Source: Candidatus Thalassarchaeaceae archaeon (GTDB taxonomy: Archaea > Thermoplasmatota > Poseidoniia > Poseidoniales > Thalassarchaeaceae). Taken from it: a stretch of DNA of 64,000 bases. Positions 16,801 through 25,800 of this stretch are shown piece after piece. Numbering within the stretch: position 1 is the stretch's first letter; each line of letters starts with the position of its first letter. The DNA lies in NCBI GenBank assembly GCA_030747485.1, contig JASLKP010000001.1, positions 137,971 through 201,970 of the forward strand, read 5' to 3'. A program made the translations under genes and the position numbers. The notes under the pieces are model-generated. The model had not been told where the DNA came from. It did not search any database and worked only from the letters and a program-made list of their open reading frames with translations.

Positions 16801-19800
16801 GAATGGCAAAGTATGCGTGACGTGCCAGTTGTCACCTTGGTTTGATCCACCTGCACCTGTGTCCAAGTAAGCCATACCATCGGTCAGACTGAAGGTCGGA
16901 CCAATCAATGCGACATACATGAAGTTAGCATCCCATGTAACGTGCATGTTTGCTTGGGTTGTAGCGTTAACAGCCACTGCACCAGGCATCATGTCGTCAG
17001 CAGAGTTTAGCAAGTTGCTACCATACCAATCGTAGTAGATACCGTCGATAGTAATCGAGCGACCTGCGCTTGCTCGCCATGATGGGCTCACGTATTCTGC
17101 GCGTCCACCGGGTACGTTAACCAGTTCTCCAGTAGCAAGGTTGGTTGCCTGCGCAATACTGCGGATGTACAAACCAACATCTGATGCTGGACCACCGTTG
17201 TGTGTCACTGTTAGATCCAAGAGGTTACCCTCGTGGACAATTGCATCAGAATCGATTACCAACTTGGTTGGACCTGCACCGATTGCACCATTGTTGAGGA
17301 CACCGTTACCGATGCTCGTGATGGTGGAGTATGCTCCTGCATTAATCTGGGTAGTTGGACCACCGCAAGTGACTGCATTTGCACAACCAGCTGTAGAGGA
17401 CCATGGTACTGGCATGATTACGCCAGGTGCTACCTCGAAGGAACCAGTCATGTTCTCGATGGTACCAGATGCACCATTGACGACCTTCAATACGGTGTCA
17501 GCATCTGCAACACCACCATTCCAGCGCATCATCTCGTGACCATCGGCTAGAACACCAATGCTTCCAGAGACTGACAAGCCAGTCATGTCGAGTACATCAT
17601 TGCCACCAGCACTGGAGACATCGAGTGCGATACCATAGGTATCGTTTGCCTGTAGGATTGCTCCTGCAGTGACGACGTCTACATCAGTTAGTTCGACAGC
17701 AATTGCATCACCAGTGATCAGTGAGTTACCTGCGAGGGTAAGGTCACCGCCATCCTGTGTTAGACCGAGACCGTAGCCAGTGACAGTTACGCCGTTTAGC
17801 GTGATGTCATCGCCACCGCCCATGATGTCAATGCCCGTTGTCTGCAAGTTGCTTGTGCAGGCGGTCACTTCCACCGTACCGGTTACAGTTGTTGCTGATG
17901 AACTGTAGTACGAGAAGTTACCAGCGTTGTTGAACTGGTGAACGAAGCTCGAACCGAGGTTCATTGTACCACTGTCCCAAGACTCTGCTTGACCAGCATC
18001 AGATGTGGTCGTGTGCGGAGTGTTGGAACTACCGTATGCGCGAGATGTCCAGCGCACTGAATCGCCAATACATACACCTGTGAGGTGTGATGGGCTGAAA
18101 GTGCTCTGTTGCATGTCGACGTTGTGGATACGTGCTGCACGACCACCCATTGCAGTGTATGACGAACCATTGTCCGTTACATCGCAACCGTTGGTGTTCA
18201 ATCCGTTCATGACTGTCGAGATGACGTTGTTTGCCATGAAGACCTCATCAAGGCCACAACCATTCACGTAGATACCAACCGCACTTGTCGGTAGGCGACC
18301 ATACGAGAAGTCGATCGTGTTCGCGTTGATGTGAACTTCTTGTCCACTTCGTACACCACTCAGTGCAATACCACCGTCAGCGTCAGTACAACTGTTACCT
18401 TCGATTGTACCAAAGCCGTTTAGGGCGTAGATACAAGCGTTGGATGCACTCTTGATACCTGTGATGTCGTTGTTGGTAATTGTCCACTCACGAGTACCAC
18501 GTAGGTAAATTGGGTTGTCAGCATGTAGTGTGTTGCCGTCAATCTCAATGTCGTGCACAGTACCGTCCTGATTGTATACAGCGTACCGTGGACTCATACC
18601 CTCGATGGTATTGCCATTGAATTGTGCATTTGTTGCATCTGCATTCAGATAGTACCACATACATAGGTTCACACAATCTACGAAGGTGTTACCGTTCACT
18701 TGCATGTTGTTAGTACCGTTACCATTGTAGGTGGATGATGTTGCATAGAAGTTGTTCGGTACGAATACACCTACACCACAATCAACCATCACGTTGTTCT
18801 CAATGACGACGTCGTCATAACCAGATGACTGGATACACATGTCATCATAGAAAATCGATGTTGACTTCTCAGATGAACGATAGTGGACAATCATGTTGTC
18901 GGTCACTTCAAGATCACCATTGTTCAGATAATATCCTGAGCCAGTTGCAATTGCATTCAGACCCAACAAATCACTGTTGGTGATGTGAATCTGTCCATAT
19001 GCATAGGTACCGGAGTAACCAATACGGAAGCTGCTTGGACCACTGGTGCTCTCGTCACCCATTGCAATGATTGTCACGTTGTCCATGTACAAGTGTCCAT
19101 CATAAGGATAGACTGGGTACATCGTCGTCATCTGGTTGTAAGTTCCAGTTGTAAAGATGACTGAATTGTTGAACGATACACCCTTACTTCCAATGTCGAA
19201 GTAGTTGTATGGCGAATCCATTTGGATAACCTGGTTGGTCATATCATATTCTGTGCTAGAACCTTGATCTCCAACGTAGTAACCATACTCATCAACTCCG
19301 TCAACTGTGCGGTCATCTCGGTAATTGAGACCCGTACAGGCACCCATTACATTGTAACTTGCACTGGCGGAACCGTAACAGATACGTGAATCAATACTTT
19401 GAGTCAGCGTGGCTGATGCAGTGTTACCTGATGTATCAGCGACTGTGATACCATTCATTGCGTAACGGATGTCAATGGTACTGCCTGAGTTGTACGCAAT
19501 CTTCGCAATCGTCACCAATTGGTAACCTGCGAGGTTTGCAGTACTCTGTCCAGATGAATCAACTGTCCAAGTCACGAATGTCAAGTCATTGACTTCACCG
19601 GTTGCATCAGTTGTACCACTATCAATCACCTTGTTGTCTCCATCAAGAATCTTGACTGGGGCGCTTGCAACACCTGAGCCGTCCGCAGAGATGTCCACGT
19701 CTAGCGAGCGTAGTCGCGTAAACTTGGATGCGTCATCTGCAGTGACTGTGTTGGCGTCAACAGTACCTTCTAGGAAGTCCATGGTTGCACCATTGGACAA

Positions 19801-22800
19801 TTTAACATCGTCCGTGTTACCATTGAAATCAGTGTTCGAGATGAACACATTACCGCTACCTGCGTGGTTGACACCTACGCCATTGTTGTCAATGGTCATC
19901 GCATCGAATTCCCAGTCATGAGTACTGGATGCTAGTACCTTGATTCCGCAGTAACCTGCATTGGTAATCGAACCGCTAGCGTCCATGTTCAGTGCCTTAG
20001 ATAGTACAAGACCATCGTTGGTCTGTGAATCTAGAGCCATGTTGGTCAAACCGAGTTTACCACCAGCTGCGTTAGTCATACGAACACCATAGCGACCACC
20101 ATCAACTTGCAGAGAGTCAACTGTTGCAGATGTTGAACCATCTATCAGTAGACCCTGATCTGTTGGGCTGGTTACAGTCACTGTACCGATGTCAGCCGCT
20201 GCACGTGCACCACCAATTTGGATACCCGTGTCTGCGCCTGTAATCACACCGTTGTCGATTTGAGCAGTACCGAATTCACGAGCATAGTCTGCAGCCAATA
20301 GGCTGGAGACCGAGTTGCCTGTGCGGACGGTTAGGTCCAAGCGGTCTGCGTAGTAGTCAGCACCGTAGTGTACCATATCGATGTACATGACCACTTGCTC
20401 GAGGTCTGCTGCACTTGTATCGACAATTGGGAACGCTACCCGAGCACCTGCTGGGTTAGGTGTAACTGCGCTGTATGCGTAGTCTTGACACACGTTGTAG
20501 TTGCCCCATAGACCGTTGAAGCCTTCTGGAGGTGCCCACTGACCAGCGTAATAGAACGATGGCCAGTAACTTCCCCAGAAGTGGTATGGGTAGTAATTCG
20601 TGTTCGCCGTTAGATCGTCAGCTGCCTCATAGCGGAAGCCGAAATCAGAAGGATATGCATCACGACCGTAGTAACCGTTAGGTCCCTGGGTGTAACCACC
20701 GTAGTTGATCAGATAGTAGTAGTAACCGTAGCGGTAGGAACCACCTGGGTTGTACTCATACCCGTAAAGGTTGCAATCCCAGACAGGAGCACCACCGACA
20801 CCACCGCTGTAGGTGAGGCCGTTTGCTGTTGCATCAGATGTACTCCAAGGGTAGTAACCTTCGACGCTTGCGTCAGTTACGTTGGTTAGAGAGCCACCAG
20901 TTGTCTTGGTTGCAATACGATATCGGTCAGTGGTTAGGAAGTACTTGGCGTAGTACGAACCGAAATATGGATCCGAGTTACCGCCACCATACACTTGGTT
21001 TACACCAACTTGCACGTAATTGTTCTCCTTAGCGAATGACGTGATGTCGATTGCGTGGGTCTTCCAACCTGCGCTCTCACCAGATAAGATGGTGGAACGA
21101 TAGATGGTTGGCAAACTCATGCCGCCTTCTACATCCATACCGACCGTGTTGTCAGTCAGTGTGAAGCCATCGATTGAAGGTGCTGCGTTGTGCACTTCAA
21201 TACCCGTTGCCGCATTCTTGACAAGGACGTTGGATAGGCTGCTACCAGCTGTGTTCTCTAGGTGAATACCTACACCAGAGTTCACGTTCTGTACGACTGC
21301 GTTGTTGATGATTAGTGTACCACCATCAACATCGACGGTTGCTGTGGATGCTGCAGCGTTCGGACTGCCGTAAGCAGTTGAACCGTTGCGCATCTCCAGT
21401 GTACCACCATCGCCGACAGAAAGACCACCGTTCATGTCACGGATGGAACCAGCATCAATGGTCAACTGACCACCGTTGTCGATATCCATGTTCCATGGGT
21501 ATGTGCTCTGCTGTGCCTTGATGTGTCCGTAGTCACCATCGTGCTCTGAAATTAGCAACTCTGCACCATTACGTAGAGTGATGGTTGGGTTGCTGCTTGC
21601 AGTTCGGTTGATGCGCAGTGATGTACCCTGTAGGTGTACACTGCAGCCATCAAGCACCATGTCAGATGACAAGGTAATGATTTGGCGAGTGTAGGTGTAG
21701 TAACCGCCTACGTTAGATGCCGAATCATTGTTGCTGAAGAAAGTACAATCCTTTGTAGCGCCACCGAAGTCCATTGGGAACGCTTCAAGCTTCAGGTAAA
21801 TCGATGCACCAACCTCTAGAGGTAGATCACCGGCGTAACCTGCACCAATGTTGGTTGCGAAGCCAGCAGTATACCATGGGTCAGTTGGTGTTGTCACGTT
21901 CTGACCTGCACCACCACTAGCGTAGATGCTGTGGTCTGTGTACGAGGTGGAATGAGCGGTGTTACCGTTATTGTCCATCTCGTAAAGGTCTGTGATGAGC
22001 CAAACAGTCGCTGCACCACCAGAATCTGTCTTGCCTGTTCCAACGTTGAAGATCTCTGTACCTGAACCATCGACTAGAGCGGTGGTTACAGCGTGGTTAG
22101 CCTGGAAGGCGTCACCGGAATTTCCGCTGCGGTAAACAGATACTGTTGCAGATCCACCGAAGTAAACTGCTGCACTGCTGGAAGCCGCTTCAACCCAACA
22201 GACCGAGGTGTCGGCCTGATTGTTGGAGTCGAGACAATCGTTACCCTGGAAGTTAACATCAATCAAGCGGATGTCACCGTTGGTGCCAGCGCTTGCGAGG
22301 TTATTGCCCCAGTTTGTCTGTCCTGTTACGACCATGTCTGCGATTGTTAGAACCGAGTTCCTCGCGTACGCGAAGTTGTTATTCGTCGAATCACCGGACA
22401 TTGTACCATCAGAAATAGTGACAACGTTGCTACTGCTTGTCGATGCACAGTTTGCAGATACCCAAGTATCGCTTGAACCGTCACCAAGTGAGACACCATC
22501 CATTGCGATGTTCCATCCACAGCCGTTGATTGTCATGCCAGCAGCAGATACTGTGCTACCAGACATTCTGTCTGTGGAAGGTGCTGAGCCAGATAGGCTT
22601 AGTGCACCACCGAGATCGATGTTATCCATATTGCTTGGCTGTGTGCGTGACATCGTTAGGCCACCATCAGCTACCATACCATCCATGGTCCAACCGGTAT
22701 CACCGATTGCTGGACTGCTCGCGCCCGCGGGCGCGATGTAGTATCCGTTAGAGTCACCAGTACTGTCAAGGTCCTCTAGGTGAAGACTGTCAGTAGCGTG

Positions 22801-25800
22801 TGTGGTCATTGCAGCGACGTAGTTGTTCATGTCTACATTGAAGGCATAGATACTCGTTCCACTGCTGGATGAACCAGTCTGTGCAACTGCAGTACCACTC
22901 TGTTGACCAGAGAAGCCACTTGCATCAACTGTGATGTTAGACATCCAAAGGGAGTCTGCAGCACCGAAGATACCGTTTACACCAGCATCTGTGATGTCAA
23001 CGTTCTCCATGACTACTGTTGAACCAGATCCTGTGTTAACAGCACCTTGTCCAGCGTAACCGTGTGTGTTACAATCAGTTGCTGAACCACCAATCCAAGT
23101 TAACGATGAGTCATCAGGTAAATCGACACAGGAGTCAGCACTGTTAGAGACGCTGACACCAGATAGGTCGAATCCTGTACCTTGACCGCTACCGTGACTG
23201 ATTGCCGTATCCACGTTGTTGAATGTAACATCACTGAATGTGAAGTTACCAACGTTGCCATTGTAGTGAGGTGATGCGCCGTGGCGACTACCTGCACTGA
23301 TTGCGATGGATAGGTTCTCAAAGTTGGTGTGGGTAAACGTGTGACGATCTTCTGTGTCTACACAACCATTGGTGAAGGCAAGACCCTTCGCATAGTTGGT
23401 ACCCATGTTCTTAATCATCACTGGGTGTGTTGCGTTACCATTCACAGTGAGCGAATTACATGCACCTGTGAAGACAATACCCTTGCCCTCAGCAATCTGA
23501 ACTTCGACACCAGCCTCAATTGTGAGATCTGCAGAGACCTGCAGATAGTCACCATTGGCTGGGTTGACACGGATTGGGCTCTGCTCTGCGTCCCAAATCG
23601 TGGGGTCAGTAATGTCCTGAGTCACGTCCATACCTGCGCCATCGAATGGAATCATCTTTGAACGGATGCTGCATTCGATTGCAGAGTTGTAGAAGCAGTA
23701 GTATGCTCCATAGTAACCCCAGTATGGTGCGAGGTCAATGTTGTTGACATACGAAGCAGTGCTTGGCAATGATGGCATGGTGGTTCCCCATCCATAGTAC
23801 ATCATCTGTGCACTGTTCGTTGTGCTGCTTTGACTGAACTGCATTGCACCGTGGCGGATTGCGTGGATCTTGTGACCCTGAGTGCCGTTGAATGTGCTAC
23901 CGAAGTAATCGAACTCAAAGCCCTCTGGTAGGTCTACAACAGTACTGCAATCTCCGCGGTTCTGGGTAAAGTATCGTGTACAGTAGTATGTGTACGGGTA
24001 ACCGTTACCACTGCCGACCATTTCCTCATCGTAGTTGAATAGAGGAGACATGCCTGCTGCGTAAGTCTCTACACCATAGTCAGCGCCATCTGTGGCGATA
24101 CGGTAGTTGTTCGTGAATTGGTTCACGCCCGCTACATATCCTGGACCTCGACTTCGTAACATTTCACCACTAGTACCCGCTGGGTTCTGGAAGCCAATGT
24201 ACTCGTAGTCGTAGTACGGGTTACTGCTCGTGTCATATGTGAATTCAATCTCGTTTGTTACATCGTACAAGCGAACCTGATAGCTCACTGTGTAACCTTG
24301 GCTGAATCCAGCATTCATTTCATTCCACTCAAGCACGAAGATCTTCGTTGGTGTGGCGATATCATAGGAAAACGCCGTGGTGTTGTTCCAGTTACCATTC
24401 AGATCCTTTGCGTGCATTGTGTACTCAACTGTGTTGCCACGGTCAGTACCAGGGATTGAAGCAGTCCACGTACATTCATTCATTTCACAGTTAGCGCGAG
24501 TTTGTCCGACTGGAGAGAATGAACGTGTGGTCCAAGCACTCCATGTGCCTGCGTCAGCATCTAATGTGCGGTACTGCATGTGTGGTCCTTCAAGGACACC
24601 GTTAGCATCAGTACCCGAACTTGTATTCAGACCCATTGCTGGGTCGCCAACATCCGAAATCGTGAATGTCAACGAACGCGATGTGTCAACGTATGTGTCC
24701 ATTAGGCCACCGTGATTGAACTCTGGTGGGAAGGTATCAGGCGTAGGCTTGATTGAACTTACCTTTGAAGCAATTTGCCAACCGTTGTTGACCTTGCCGT
24801 CCCATCCTGGGTTGCACCATCCGTTCCATGCGTAGTTGTACTGGTAATAGTAGTACGTTGCATAGCAAGGATTACTGTAAGCTGCACCGCTGTATGTTGA
24901 GCGTACAAACATAATCGGGTGGTTGTTTGTGTTGATGCAGAACAAGTTGCGGTTGTTACTGTTCAAGCTGTAAGATGCGTTCCATGAGAAGGAACCGAAA
25001 TACCCGGTGATATCACCAGGAATTGCAACCTTAACGTAACCATCATCAGTTGTACCGTAATCAAACGTGTTGTAAATATCGCCGCCAGAGTTAGGCTGTT
25101 CGATACCATTGCCGTTTGCTACATCGTATCCCATGACACCCCATGAGGAGCCGTCGTGATACCAAATGACGTCGTGACCGACACCATTCTTGGCATGCAT
25201 TGAGATACCTGGCAAGTTAACCTTCTCTAGGTTAGCCTGAGCATATGCGGAAGTCACTAAGCGAGTTGTTCCCGGATAGTAGCGAAGATCGAGTACTGCA
25301 TTTGTACTGAAGCAGGATAGTGATCCTGTGCCACAGTTAGATGTGTCGTATTCCATGTGATATTCGCGGCTAGGCTCGTAGTAGGTCATCTGCCAATCGT
25401 AGTAGCGCACTGCGCTGTAAAACGAGTAGGAGTTCCATCCACTAGCCTTGACTTGCCACTTGTTGTCGCCATCTGCAGCGTTATCGATTGCTTCGATGCT
25501 GTAGCCATATGGCGAAATTGCAGCTGCGTTGATGTTGTTTGGCATACCGGTTCCACCAGCAGGTAGAGTACCAGTTGTTCCGCTTACACCGCCGTTAGGT
25601 GGTGCTGGAGTATCGCGGAAGGCCCAGAAATAGTCAACATCAGTTGTCCCTGTTGCCGGAGCAGTCTGTGCAGGGATTGTAGCCTTGAAGAAACATGCAG
25701 CGCTAGCAGCACAGGTTCCAATTGTGGAGGAGGTGACTCCCGTCCAAGAACCGCCATCAACACGGTACCACAGGTGAGGTGCACCTGCGCTTGTTGTGTC

